In this document: in pieces, positions 24,746 through 37,727 of the stretch | How positions within the stretch are numbered: the stretch's first letter is position 1 | Layout of the letters: every line of letters begins with the position of its first letter | DNA from: Torpedo marmorata | Lineage: Eukaryota | DNA length: 64,000 nt | Direction: 5' to 3' | Assembly (NCBI GenBank): GCA_977017645.1 | Contig: OZ360235.1 | Coordinates: 39,060,001-39,124,000, forward strand | The notes under the pieces: generated by a model | Seen by the model: only the letters and a program-made list of their open reading frames with translations | What the model was told of the DNA's origin: nothing | Databases searched by the model: none | Position numbers and translations under genes: made by a program

Positions 24746-24846
24746 AAGTGGAGCTTTGTTAATTATTTCTGGAATGCCTTCAGTTTACTTTGACATGACA
24801 TATGAAATCTACCTCATTGTTTTGCATTTTTCCTCTTGCCCTGCAG

Positions 24847-25275
24847 GGTTCTGTTCAGTCATTGACACCTTCACCCACAGATTATCAATCTTTGGGGCCA
24901 GTTTATAATTCACCCATGCTGTCTGGAAGTAATAGCAGTGGTATCTCCTCCCTGAGTAGGGGAAGTGTGACTGAAACTACCCTGACAGATGGAACAATTA
25001 CATGTACCTTAATTGGCTCTGAGGAATTAATTAAAAAGGAGAATGGAACTTTTGCTTGTATGCCACCACGCTACAATTTATCCGAACAAAACACTGGAAC
25101 GTCAAGACGTCGAGCTCCCCTACCTCATAGCTTGTCCGTTCCTGCCAGTGCCGAACCACCAGCTCTTCCTCCTAAACCCCATGTACTGCGCGTACATAGG
25201 TCAGAAGGTGAAAACAGAATGGATGAAATCCTTGTCAGACCGAGATCTCAGCCTCGCAAAGTCTCACAACTATAG
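24847..25275 (+). CDS. DOCK4: DOCK4 terminal coding exon
   Basis: ctgcag|GGT to the TAG stop. Reads GSVQSLTPSP...SSGISSLSR...PLPHSLSVPASAEPPALPPKP...PRKVSQL*, the characteristic DOCK4 C-terminus. Confidence 0.95.
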   Translation, partial: GSVQSLTPSPTDYQSLGPVYNSPMLSGSNSSGISSLSRGSVTETTLTDGTITCTLIGSEELIKKENGTFACMPPRYNLSEQNTGTSRRRAPLPHSLSVPASAEPPALPPKPHVLRVHRSEGENRMDEILVRPRSQPRKVSQL

Positions 25276-25786
25276 AGGAGCTGAAGAAAATTATTTGTGG
25301 CACTCATTGCGATGTGTACTCTATTCAATGTAAATGGTAATTTGACCAAAAGAATCCAGGTGGGCACCTTAAACTTAAATGATTCATTAGTTATAGAAAT
25401 TCTGTAAATATATATCGATATTGTTTTATATGAAAGGTCAGGATCCAGTAAATTGTTGATTTGCAGGTTAACAGTGATAAGCAACATTCCTGCTATTAAT
25501 GCACATGCCTTTTATTTTGGAATTGTCATTAGCAAGGGTGAATAACTGATGCAATAGCAACCATACAGTTCATCTTCAATTACTGTTTTTATGAATGCAC
25601 ATACAGGATTATGTGCATATATTTCATACTTCCATTCTGTTTTTCTCCGACAGGAGATAGTTTTTTTGCTGATTCGCTCTCTCCTTTCCCCAAATCTTGT
25701 CCTCTTGTGCTTGCTTTCTCACTCTTGCACTCTCTCATATTTCATTTTTAAGTATTTTGTCTTGGAAGTGAGTGCCCCAAATGGAT

Positions 25787-26071
25787 GCAACACCCCTGCT
25801 ACAACACCCCTGCTACAACACCCCTGCTGCAACACCCCTGCTGCAACACCCCTGCTGCAACACCCCTGCTGCAACACCCCTGCTGCAACACCCCTGCTGC
25901 AACACCCCTGCTGCAACACCCCTGCTGCAACACCCCTGCTGCAACACCCCTGCTACAACACCCCTGCTACAACACCCCTGCTACAACACCCCTGCTACAA
26001 CACCCCTGCTACAACACCCCTGCTACAACACCCCTGCTACAACACCCCTGCTACAACACCCCTGCTACAAC
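25787..26071. repeat. 14-bp minisatellite (RCAACACCCCTGCT)x20.4
   Basis: 20 full units, in the order G,A,A,Gx9,Ax8, plus a partial unit. Confidence 0.97.
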
Positions 26072-26329
26072 TTCAGTTGTGAATTTTCAACTATGAACAT
26101 ATATTGCCCAAGCATTAAGATGGAGATTGGGCTTGGTCTGATAATTAGAACCTTTGCCGTGATCAGTGAGGGAAGAAAACCTGAGACTTGCACTTTGGGT
26201 CTGGGAGCACGATGAAAAGAAATTTGAGGGGCATCACTGAGGTCAGGGGGGTTGGGGGAAGAAAGGAAAGGGCTTGTGTTGTGGTTGGGGAGGGGGGAAT
26301 CGGGGAGCACAAGCACAAGACCCAATTCT

Positions 26330-26690
26330 ATCTGCTGAAGGCTGATCTATGTTGGCCTCAACTCTTCTTCTGTGTCAGTTCCCCATAACCCTCAATTCGT
26401 CAATCATTTAAATATTTATTGATCTTCACCTTAAATAGATCAAATGATTTCAATTCACCATCCTCTTGGGCAGAAAATTCCAGCTATTCACTGTTCCTGA
26501 AATTTCCAAGCACCTCGGTTTTAAATGGCTAGCCTCTTATTTTGTAACTATGTCCCTTTGTTCCCATTAGTGGAAACATCTCAACATCTATCCTGTCAAG
26601 CCCCCTTAGGATCTTATTCATTTGAATAAGGTCAGCTCTCATTCTTCTAAACTCCAAGAAATACAGATTCAAACTATCTCACCTCTCTTG
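26330..26690 (-). mobile_element. Old CR1 3' fragment
   Basis: Antisense CR1 3'-end motifs (CTCTCATTCTTCTAAACTCC). Confidence 0.6.
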
Positions 26691-27240
26691 ACAGGAAGAA
26701 GGACCAGGGTTTGTGCCTTGAGTTGGGAGAGTTGTTAGAATGTTTTGAGCTGTGGTTAGACATGAAGTGAAGGTGGGGAGGGAGTTGGCAGGAGTGTGAT
26801 GAAGAAATACAGCAAAGCACCAGGACAGTATTGAGGTAATTGGTGACCAGAGGAGGGATATTGAAGATTCATTGGGAAACTTTGGGGTTGAGAGGGTGGA
26901 ATATTGGTGCTGGGAAACTTTTCCTCAAGACAGTAAGAAAGAGAGATACAGGCAAAGTCAGTCAACTAAGGTTTTAAAGCATAATGCAACAAGAAGTCTC
27001 AGATTGAGAATCTGGGGAAGCAGTGTGGGACTGTAATGCTTGATTTAAGCAAGACAATATTGAATCATGAGTTCGTAACTATTACTCCGCATATTCATTT
27101 GTCATTAAATAAAGTTTCCCTTTTATTTGCACCAGGCCTCAACTAATCAGATATATTCTGGGACTGCCTTGAGCAGGCACTGGGTATATGAAAATCATGA
27201 TTGCCAATTAAGGTAACAGTGACATCATTGTTACATTCCT

Positions 27241-29575
27241 TTTCTTTTTAAAATATTTTTATTGAGTTTAACATATAAACATGTATACAGAAAAAAAAAT
27301 TGAGAAAAACACATAAAAGGTCATCTCATACTCAGACATATATAAAGAAAAAACAAATGGAACTGCATTGGCCAGTTCCTAAATTCAAATGAGAGACAAG
27401 TTATGAATATAGTGTAAATTCATGTTAAAGCTCATATTCCAAATTATTAAACTAAAAAAAATATAAAAGAAAAAAAAATTCAAAACAAAAAAAACCTAAC
27501 AAACTAAAACTAATCTAACCCCTCCCTCTAATCAAGGTTACCTTTATACGAAAAAAAAGGAAAAGAAAAATGGATCAGATAGCGACCTCCAGACATCGGA
27601 CATAGACTCCTCGGGACATTCACAGTTATTAATTCTTCCAATCATGATAGTATTCTATGAATGGACCCCATATCTTTAAAAATTGGAACTTTCTATCTTT
27701 AATATTATATCTAATTTTCTCCAAGCTCAAATAAGACATTACATCCTGTAACCAGTGTATGTGTAGGTGAGGAATCATCTTTCCATTTCAATAAAATTAC
27801 TCCTCTGGCTATCAACGTGGAAACAGCTAAAACTTTCTCCTGAGATGCCGATAGAAGTATATTTGGTTCACGTGAAAAACCAAACAGAGCAATTATCGGA
27901 CATGGTTCTATTTTAATCTTAAAAATCGTCAATAAAGTTTGGAAAATATCTTTCCAAAATCTCTCTAAATTTGGGCATTCCCAAAACATACGAATCAGTG
28001 AGGCTTCAAAAATTTTACACTTCTCACATAGTGGATCAATATCTGCATAAAAACAAGATAATTTAAGTTTGGACATATGGATTCTATGTACCACTTTAAC
28101 TTGTAATAAACAATGTCTTTCACAGAATGAAGAGGCGTTAATCAAGCTAAGAGTATGATACCAATCTTCATCTGAAAAAGTTGTATTCAAATCACATTCC
28201 CAATCATTCTTAATCCCTGCCATAGAGGCTGATCTTATATCCATTAAATCATTATATATGCATGATGTTAATCCACGCTGAAAAAAAAACCCGTAAGTTA
28301 AAAAGTGAATCGAGGAAGTTAGTATTTGAGATTCGAGGAAAATCTGAAAGCTTGGACTGAACAAAATGTCTAATTTGTAAATATCTAAAAAAATGTCTAT
28401 TAGTAAGATTAAATTTATCTACCAGCTGTTCAAAAGAGGGGAAGTTTTTAGAAAAATTAAATTTTGGTTTGGATTTTATCAAATGGATCAAATTAGTATA
28501 TTCATGCCCTATGGCCTCAGTTTGATCTAATTTACAACAATCAGATATGTTCAGGTTTAATAGAGGAACTCGCCAAGGTTGCCCGTTAAGTCCTCTGCTT
28601 TTTGATATAGTACTAGAACCTCTAGCTGTTGCTCTTCGACAGTGTAGAGAATTTAAAGGTATAACTAGAAGTGGAATTGAACATAAAGTATCTCTTTATG
28701 CAGATGATTTATTGCTTTTTATTTCAAATCCTGAGGTCTCTACACCAAATATATTAACTTTGTTTACTCAATTTAGTCAATTTTCAGGTTACAAATTAAA
28801 TTTACATAAGAGTGAATTACTGCCTTTAAGGGGACCTCTTTCTTGTTAGTTATCCCAATTTTCCGTTTAAAATAGTGAATTCCAATATTTAGGAAATACA
28901 ATTACAAAAAGTCATAAAAATTTAGTGAAAGAGAATTTATGGGTACTACTTAATAAGATTAAACCATTATTATCGGGTTGGTCACCCTTATCTATTACAA
29001 TGATGGGTCGATTAAAATGAATATTTTGCCTCAATCTCTGTATCTTTTCCAAGCTTTACCAATTTTTATTCTTAAAGTTTTTTTTAGTTCATTAGATTCG
29101 GTCCTTTCTTCTTATATATGGCAGGGAAAACAACCATGCATAAACAAAACCCATCTTCAAAAGATTAAAAAGAATGGAGGATTATCACTTCCAGATTTTA
29201 GATTTTATTATTGGGCGATTAATATTCGTAATTTGCTTTTATTATTGCATTTTGATAAGTTGGAGAATTGCCCTTCCTGGGTGGAAATGGAACTGAAGTT
29301 TAAAAAAAAAAATCTTTGTTGGCAATTTTGGGATCCTTTTTACCATTTTCCTTTTCCACATTAACTTATAACCTGTTATTGAGATTTAGGTTGAGAATAT
29401 GGGCTCAGTTTAGAAATTTTTTCGGTTTTAATAGTTTTTCTCTTGCTAGTCCTATTATAGATAATCACCTTTTTCAGCCGTCTGTGCTGGACGCAGGATT
29501 CAAAGAATGGTATAGATTGGGAATTCATAGTTATAATGATCTTTTTATTCGAGATAACTTTGCCTCTTTTGAACA
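27241..29575 (-). mobile_element. L1-clade insertion with ~1.1-kb 5' inversion
   Basis: T-rich tail at 27241. ORF2 C-terminus is on the minus strand to ~28446 and the RT part (RGTRQGCPLSPLLF, YADD) is on the plus strand 28441-29575. 14-bp TSD ATTGTTACATTCCT at 27227-27240 and 29576-29589. Confidence 0.92.
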
Positions 29576-32500
29576 ATTGTTACATTCCTAACCTGTGCAT
29601 TAGATAATTAGTTCAGAGTTAGTTTGGACAACCTGAAGTATTCTGGAAAGAAGTTTGTTCTTGGTTCTGCACCTTAAACTGAAGATTTCATTTTGCATTG
29701 TTATTAAAGTTCAGTTCATTCATTTACACAATTGAATTTTGGAAGTGGAGTATAATACATAAAACCATACACTACACATTTTGCGCACAGTCCTAAAGAC
29801 AGATTTCTACTCTAAGATCTTTAGGCTCCTTATATTCATGTCTAGCATCATTGCGTCAAAGAAAATTTTGACAAAAAAGCCCTAAACTTGCAAATGACTC
29901 CAGTATGCTGCCACTCTCAGCAGAGTCAAATTGAACAGAAAAATACCATGAATACTGGAAATCTACAATAACTGCACAAAATACTCAGCAAGTTGATGAC
30001 CATCAATTGAAAATGTTAACTCTGTTTCCAGCTACAGATTTTTACTTGACTTGTGGACTATTTCCAACAGTTTATGTTTTTATACAGTAACTGGTCACCA
30101 TTGCAGGAAAGCATATAAATCTCTGTTTCTACGACTCTCTCGTTTATAGTATCACATTGTTCATGTAGAATCACAGAATTTGTAACACAGATTCTTCACA
30201 TGAACAAGTGAACATCTATCACTGTACTACTTTTCTCCCTGTTGAAAAAAACTTCTAATCCTTTCTCCACAAGTATGTAGATGTTGATTTTGAGCATGGG
30301 TAAACAATTATGTCTAAATTGGGTACAGATTGAGGTTAGGTGATTGTTCTGGCTACTTTCTATACAATATTTTAAAAAATTAAATCATGAAAGATTTTCA
30401 ATTTTATAGTTTTGCAGTTATGTCTGCATTTTAATATTTAATTTTACAAAATAATCGTTAGCTTGCAGGAATTAAGTTTGTAGAGCAGTGGTTTATGCTG
30501 AGGCAATGGAACAAATTTGAAATCTGAGCAGTCCTTTCAAATATGATTATGTAATTGACTCTATACAGACTTGGGCTTAAAACTGAAGCTCAGTGGTTTA
30601 TGCAAATTGTTAAAAGATTATTAAATATATATTTTTCTCTTACACATTAGGTTAGTAGTTAATCATTTCTGACCTCTAAAATAAGAGCCCATTCTCCTCA
30701 GTTTTTAAAAAAATCTGCTTACATTTAATTTCTTTTTCTTCAGTCAGGTGCCTGCCTGAATGCTTTTAGGTTGCACAAGTATGTTGAAGTTCTGCTGTGG
30801 TCGTTGGCTATATTTACAAAGGGATAACTTATTCTGGTGCCAGAGGCCTTTATCAACCCCTACAGATAATAGAATGAATTTAATTACAATAAATTATATT
30901 TTGAATTTTGTCTCTGAAGAAAAATTCCAAGAGGATTCGCCAAAGAGGGTACCTGGAATTTCTTTTCAGGATTTCAAAAGGTTGTTGTTAATGGAAAGGA
31001 TAAGTGTTTTTAAGAATCACATTACATTAAACTTCAAATAATTGATTGAGAAAAGGGCTAATTTAAACATTCATTAGAAAAGCACAAAGTGCATGTAAGA
31101 TTCAGAGTGACACTTAAGTTATTAATGATCACTGCATCTTGACATGTATAAAAGCGAAGTGAATGTTTATATCCAAAAGAGATATTTCTTAGAAATATTT
31201 TGACAAATTAATGTTGAACTAATGTGTTAAAATAGGAGACAATGGAAACACAGTTCTATTCAGAGTGGTTTCTGGAATGCAAAGAAATTGCATGTACAGA
31301 TTGGAGTTATGAAGAGGATTTTTACAAGTTGGTTCACTAACATAGATAATTATAACAGTTATATTACTATGTTATAAGAAGGAGGTACTGGACCACACAA
31401 ACACACTTTATTAAAAGTGAGCACCAGAATAATGGCAATTTAATTTTCAGCTAAAGCACAGCTACTATTTTGATTTTAAAAATTATATATTGCTATAATT
31501 TATTTCCTAACCAGATACACAGAATAAACTTCAGAGACTAAGATCTCTAAATAATTGTTTTCTTTTCAATCTTCTGAGTGTTAAATCACCCTATGTCATG
31601 TGCTGCAATAGTTGTACATATCTGAGTTATATGCAGCCTGCTTAATGTTTCAGAAAATCATAAACAATTAGAAACCTCACAATAATGCAAGCACCCCACT
31701 TTGCATAGTTGGGAATCAATTGTTATAAGACAAGTCCACCACATAAATGACGAATCTGCTACACATTGCTATTCAGCAACCCCTGCTGAAAATTTGTTTG
31801 AATGTTAAGTGAACATAGCACTCGTTTTTGTTACTACCCTGAAGTATAATACTCCATCAGCAGTGCCTAGGGTCACAAATTGAAGGTAACAGGGATACCC
31901 ATCTGCAATGCCAGTGTCAGCCACTGTTGCATCTCTTCTGTCATTTTCTGTGCAGCTACTTCACAGAGCAATTTCAATCACTGACCACGAGTTTCTGAAT
32001 AATTTCTCAATCAGTCTAGAGCTCAACATTCACGATGGCCTGGAAAATCCCCTTCGGATACATTTTAAAATAAACCAGATCCACTTTATATCAGCATATA
32101 TAGAGCCATTTATGAGCATGTTTTCTGCTTTTCAATTTCCTTCTTTCTTAAAAAGGCCCTGTTGCAAATCACAGTTTAGTTACCATTGGCAAATTTGTTT
32201 TAGACTGAATTCTTCCATTCTTTGTCTTGGATCTGAATGAGATTCCATTGCACACCTGCCTGCGCACACATTCACAATTATTGACTGTCCATTAAAGGAC
32301 CAACCAAACCATGGAATTGTATCAAATCACAAATGTGATTCAGGGGAGTAGCCCATGACCTCAATTTGCTTCTTATATTTAGAGTATTTACACCACCAGA
32401 AAATTATTTGGAGGTTTATTTCATATATAGATCACATAATTGTATGTCAAACTTTTCCTGAACTAAGTCATTCATTTGCCTTTTAATCAATTTGTATGGC

Positions 32501-35500
32501 CTTTTCCCAGTCTTGCAATTGTTCATTGTGGTATATCAAATTTACCACTTCTTTCCTAATCTGCTCTGATTCTATTCTATGCTGGAAAGGAGAACCTTGT
32601 AGTGTCTTTTTCCACAATGCAAAGTTTTAGAATGACATGAATCTCATGACTCTCCTCAGCAACATCTCCAGTGTATTTGTATAATACCATTAATAATTAA
32701 TTCCCTTTGATGTGTGGTCAATTTCTTAATGGAGAGAAACATGCAGCCAAATTGCATGTGGCAAGGTCACACAGCAAATGGTAAGTGACATGAAATTGTT
32801 TGTCACATTGAGTGATAAATAAATATTGGCAGGGCTGCTTTTTCTTATGCCTTAAGATAATGTGAGAAGGCAGATATGACCCTAATTTTAACATGTAATC
32901 TAAAAATCAGCAAATTCAGTAAAGTACCACCCTTCAGAGCAGTATAAAGGTGTCAACCTAAATTAGGAATTCAAGTCTTGGATTGGGACTTGAATCAGTT
33001 GAGCCTGTTGCAAGTGTGTCCACTGACTGTGGCTGACAGCTTAAGTTTAAAAATGTGTCCTCTTTCACATGCGAATAGATAGCAGACATGTGGTTGGTGC
33101 AACTGCATTCTATTCCATTTTGAAAATTTGATTGCATTGACTTTGACCAAATTGCACTGACCAAATTTCAGAAGTGTGGTACAATGTTTATTGCATTTGA
33201 GCAAGTAATTAGTACAGTACTTCCATCCCACCCAAAAATCACAGTGCATCTTTTACCATTTAGCTAAGTTATTTTACATTCCCAGTCTTTGTCCTGTTGT
33301 CAAACCTGGAATTTGCCTTTTACATAGAACTTGTTCAAAAATATGCAGGTAGATCATGTCATAGGACTTGCCACAGTTCACATGGGCTGTCATTTATTCA
33401 AAGCACTTGAAGTTTGTCGGGCAGAATTTATATTGCTGATTATTGAAGTAATCTCAAGTGTACTAATTAAGATTATTGGGATTTTAGTTTCCCATGTCTA
33501 TTGTTTGTCCTGCTTCTTGACTGTGAATACCATTGCAGCCTGTTTCTAAATTATTGGTTTTAATAACCTGCTCAAAATAATTGCCAATGGCCCACAAATC
33601 CCCAATGCCATTTTCAAATTCTGGATTAAATGCAATTTTTCCCAATTATTTTTGACCCATTTTGGTGTTTCTTGAACAGTCATTGCATTTATATTTAATT
33701 TTTAATGAAATCAAACACAATGACTGATAATCACCAGATTTCATTTTTCACAATAATCAAAAGCAGGCAGAGTTGAAAACTGATCTCTGACTTGCTATTT
33801 GTTGTTTTGTACAGTCAGCCAGGAAGAACACTATCCCTGTTGATTTTGAATAGATTATCTACTTGGGCAGAACATAATACTCGTGTCTTCCCATGAACTT
33901 TTGAGGAAATATTCATACAAAGTATTTCCCATCTGGCATCAATCCTGTGCTTTGATCAAGGTACTTTACAAAAAAAAAGACCTAAATTCTTCTGGTGACA
34001 ATTATGAACCTCAAAACAGGAGACCCAAAATAATATTCGGGGTGTCTGGCTGATCAATTATAAATAACCAATTTAGAGATCCTTGTCTCTGAAGAAGCTA
34101 AGATTGCCAGTGATCTTAGTGACTTTGGTCAAAAGCAACAGAAAAAAATTGCAATTGTACAGAAATTCAGGATTTCTAATGTTTTAATTAGGATTGATTA
34201 AATTTGTTATTTGTAAATGTAAAAGACAATAATTGTAATGTTATTACTCTATGAATTGCCATGTTCGTGGCTGCTGTAAAAAAAAACTGCATTAAGGATA
34301 CAAGCACTGGTATATTTTAGATGTTCGGTACAATTTTGTTTGGCAGCACTGGTAAAACTCTGGGGAAAATTAATACAGGATCAGTTAAACAAAAACTGTA
34401 TTAAAACTGATTAGACTAGTAAAGATGAAAACAAATGCACTTACCTTCAGAGCCTCAGAATGTATACTTGGCTCCCATGACCCGTTTACCAAATTATTGT
34501 CTCTGATAGGATCCCAGATCCAATGCATTAGTTATTTATTTTCATTGGGGAAAAAAAAAACATTGCATACTTTCAACATACAATTTTCAACCTGATATTT
34601 CTTGAGAAGGTAGTGCATTTACAGAAGTTTAATTCTTCAACTGTTTATTTTGAGTAATTCCAGTTGCTCTAAGTTGCCTTTGTGCATGCTGTATCCAGCT
34701 ACTAGTTAGTACAAAGGGCTGTCCTAATCATCATCACTTTATAACATGAGTGCAAATGCAACACATCTTTAATCCTCTGCCTAGTTTCTGTGCAATTATT
34801 TTGGACTGCAAGACATCAAAACTAATAGTATGGAGATTTTCTTGAATAAAAGGTAAACACTTGGGTGAATTAAAGAGAATACAGCACAGTGAATATTAAG
34901 CTTTTAATATAAATTAAAATTCTGCAGGAGTTTTCACAGATTGAGCTTTTTTAATATTCAAAGAGCAAATTATACAGTATGAATGTTGTTGCATTGCCAA
35001 ATGTTTATCTATTAAGATTGTACATAAGTTTTTATAAGAATTCAGCCATATTAACTTGCAACATTGAATGTTGAAAGAACAAATTCCTAATATATGTTTA
35101 GTATTTATATGCTGTTTAGTGATTATATGTAAGCTCATAGGAATACATTAATCTTATTGAGCATTTATTAAAATGCTAGTACTAGATTTCTCTTCAACTC
35201 TGATTCCTTTTGCAACAAGCTGAGTTATCACTTTTCAGTAATGTAATTTGTTGTCAAAGCACAGGAAAGCCTAAATGACTGTATTTTATTAAAAAAATGT
35301 TTGTACAATTAATTTTGCTTCCTAAATCTTGGCAAGATGTCAAAATATCCAAACTGTATCAAACTTGCTTACAGTATTGTCTTGTATGATATTTTTGTAT
35401 ATATGAAGTACACTTGCTGAGGGTCAGTGTTTTCTAACAACATAAAGCACCATATACAGTGTTTTGTTGGTAACCATCTACTGATTCCAAACGTTCTGAA

Positions 35501-35609
35501 TGTTGTATACAAAGCTATCAGATAAGGCCTCATTTTATTAATGAGGTTATTGTGATGTTTTCAGTAACTGATGGCACACAGTGACTATGCTAGAATGTTC
35601 ATGGATGAA

Positions 35610-35615
35610 AATAAA
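35610..35615 (+). terminator. Candidate distal DOCK4 polyadenylation signal
   Basis: AATAAA followed about 18 nt later by CA and a U/GU-rich tract, at the end of a long AT-rich, TE-poor block. Other AATAAA hexamers lie at 27108, 31523, 32818 and 34845. Confidence 0.35.
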
Positions 35616-35938
35616 GAAAACATTTTATCTCCAATTTGACAGAGGCTTTTTGTAATGCATGTGACGTGGCTGGAAATACATTAATTTTTAAAGTGTAATT
35701 TGATTTTTAAAACTGAGCAGTGTTGAGCTTTTTTAGTTTTTTTAAAATCTAGCTTGGAATGCATGTGTTTGAAGATATGAAAAGCAAGTGCATCCTTCTT
35801 TGGCATACCAAATCTGTGCATCCAGTTGTGGTCTCACCAAGGCTATAATACAATTGCAATAAGGCTTCCTTACTGACATTATCAAATCTGACATAATAAA
35901 GGCCAACATGCCTTTTAATTTCTTGTTGCACCTGTATA

Positions 35939-36702
35939 CAGTAAAATCCACATTTTCTGGCATTCAATCAACCGGAAACTCAAACAACCGGCAAAAAAAA
36001 AGGAAATAAATAAATGATTTCAAGTAAATAAGACTGGGCGGATGGACCCTGCGGGGGTGTGCTGAGACTTCGTTGGACATGTGCAGGTTTGCCCTGCTGA
36101 ACTAGCAATGCCGCTCAATGCGCCACATTCTTTTCACTGTCGCCACTTGCGTGGAGGTGAGCTGAATTGTCAGCGTGAGGAAGGTGTGCCAATGGCCTGA
36201 CTGGGACACTGACATGGAGGTGAGTCGGGTTGCGCTGAGGGTCTGACCGGGACACCAGGTCAATGCCACTCGCCGCTAGGGCAACTCTCCCAAAGTGTCT
36301 ACCTATCCCTGCCTGGTAAGAGTCTTTATTTTTATTAGTATTAAGTAGATTAGTAGGGCTTTATCTGTAAACTTGAGGGAGGGAATTAATTATGAGGGCG
36401 GCACGGTTAGCGTAGCGACTAGCGCAACGCTGTTACAGCACCAGCGACCGGGGTTCAAATTTAAATGTTGTAAGTTACAGGAATTACTTGATTAAAGTGA
36501 ACTTTACATAATTAAGGTCTGCAATACTGATTTTTTTTTCAAATTACTTTACATTTTGCACTGTCTTTTTGTCTTTTAAACAGTGTATTCTTAATGCAGA
36601 TGTATTAGTTAGGCATTGTAAGAGTGAGTCTCAGTCAACCGGAAAATTTACATATCCAACATCCGCGATCCCCATAGGTGCCGGATAATGGGGATTTGAC
36701 TT
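35939..36702. mobile_element. Longer Tc1/mariner MITE-family copy (includes a SINE head at ~36396-36460)
   Basis: TA|CAGTAAAATCC ... GGATTTGACTT|TA. The ends match the 14941-15146 family. Confidence 0.7.
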
Positions 36703-37226
36703 TATTAGCTTTCGCTAACTTAAGTACAAGTCCACCAAGGTATCTTTGAACAACTCAATCTCTCACCATTTAATGAAAATAGAGGTGTCCTGGGTTACAG
36801 AAGATGCGACTTAAAGTAATCCAACTTTATGCAAATTTCCCTACAAATGTGAAGAGGGAAAAGAAAGACCACCATCGCATCATTATGATGAGTTCATAAA
36901 GAAAATTGAATGGCCTGCATCATCCACATCTTGTAGATTTTCACCTCCTCGACTATCTCTTTATTTCATAAAATCATTCATTGCTTTCAATTTCAGCTGA
37001 TGTTCAGAAGTGAATGTTTTATTAGTCTTAATTAATATTAAAAGCTTAGTGGTAATCATGAACAACAGGATACAGTATATTTTCCATTGGTCTAATTATG
37101 GAGTGCGTTAGGATGGGGACATTGCAGATATTCGTGAAAGAAGTGTATGCAGAGCGAGACGATATGCATAGCTCTCGAAAACGGACGACAACATGATGCT
37201 GTACTGAGAGAAAACAAAGTGGTGCA

Positions 37227-37440
37227 CAGTAAATCCCCTGTAATCTGGAATTCAAGCAACCGGCAGCCTCATGCAACTGGCAAAAAATATCGTGGAAAAT
37301 AAATGGGTAAAAAATGCGGAAGTTTAAAATTGGCACGCCTCGCCATTAGTTCTCTATTCACGCAACCTCTAACAACCGGATAATTCACTTATACGGCATC
37401 TACCAATCCTCATAGGTGCTGGATACCAGGTGCTTTATTG
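37227..37440. mobile_element. Tc1/mariner MITE
   Basis: CAGTAAATCCCCTG...CCAGGTGCTTTATTG|TA. Same family as 14941-15146. Confidence 0.75.
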
Positions 37441-37727
37441 TATTTGGAAGTGGAGTTTCAACTATTTAGGGTAATGAAGTTTTTTTTTCTTGGTTTTGGA
37501 GGAAATTTATTGCTTCTGACTTGTGGAAAAACAAAATCAATTCATGGATAGTTCTTTGAAACTGAACCCTTACATAACCTAGGGTTAAATTTTCTTTGGT
37601 TTTCTGTTATGTGCATCAATGTGGATAACTTAACACTTTTCCAATGATTCCTGCAGTACCCCACAAGTTACAGTATGCCAATGTGAGAATGGTCTATTTA
37701 GTCCTACTCTTTCATTCTATATGATAA

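Noticed and set aside
25787-26071. CRISPR-like regular array
   Set aside because: There are no unique spacers and the context is eukaryotic. It is a simple tandem repeat.
25591-26215. ORFs of 103-163 aa with LLQHPCCNTPAATP repeats
   Set aside because: They result from the stop-free 14-bp minisatellite being open in all frames. There is no gene context.
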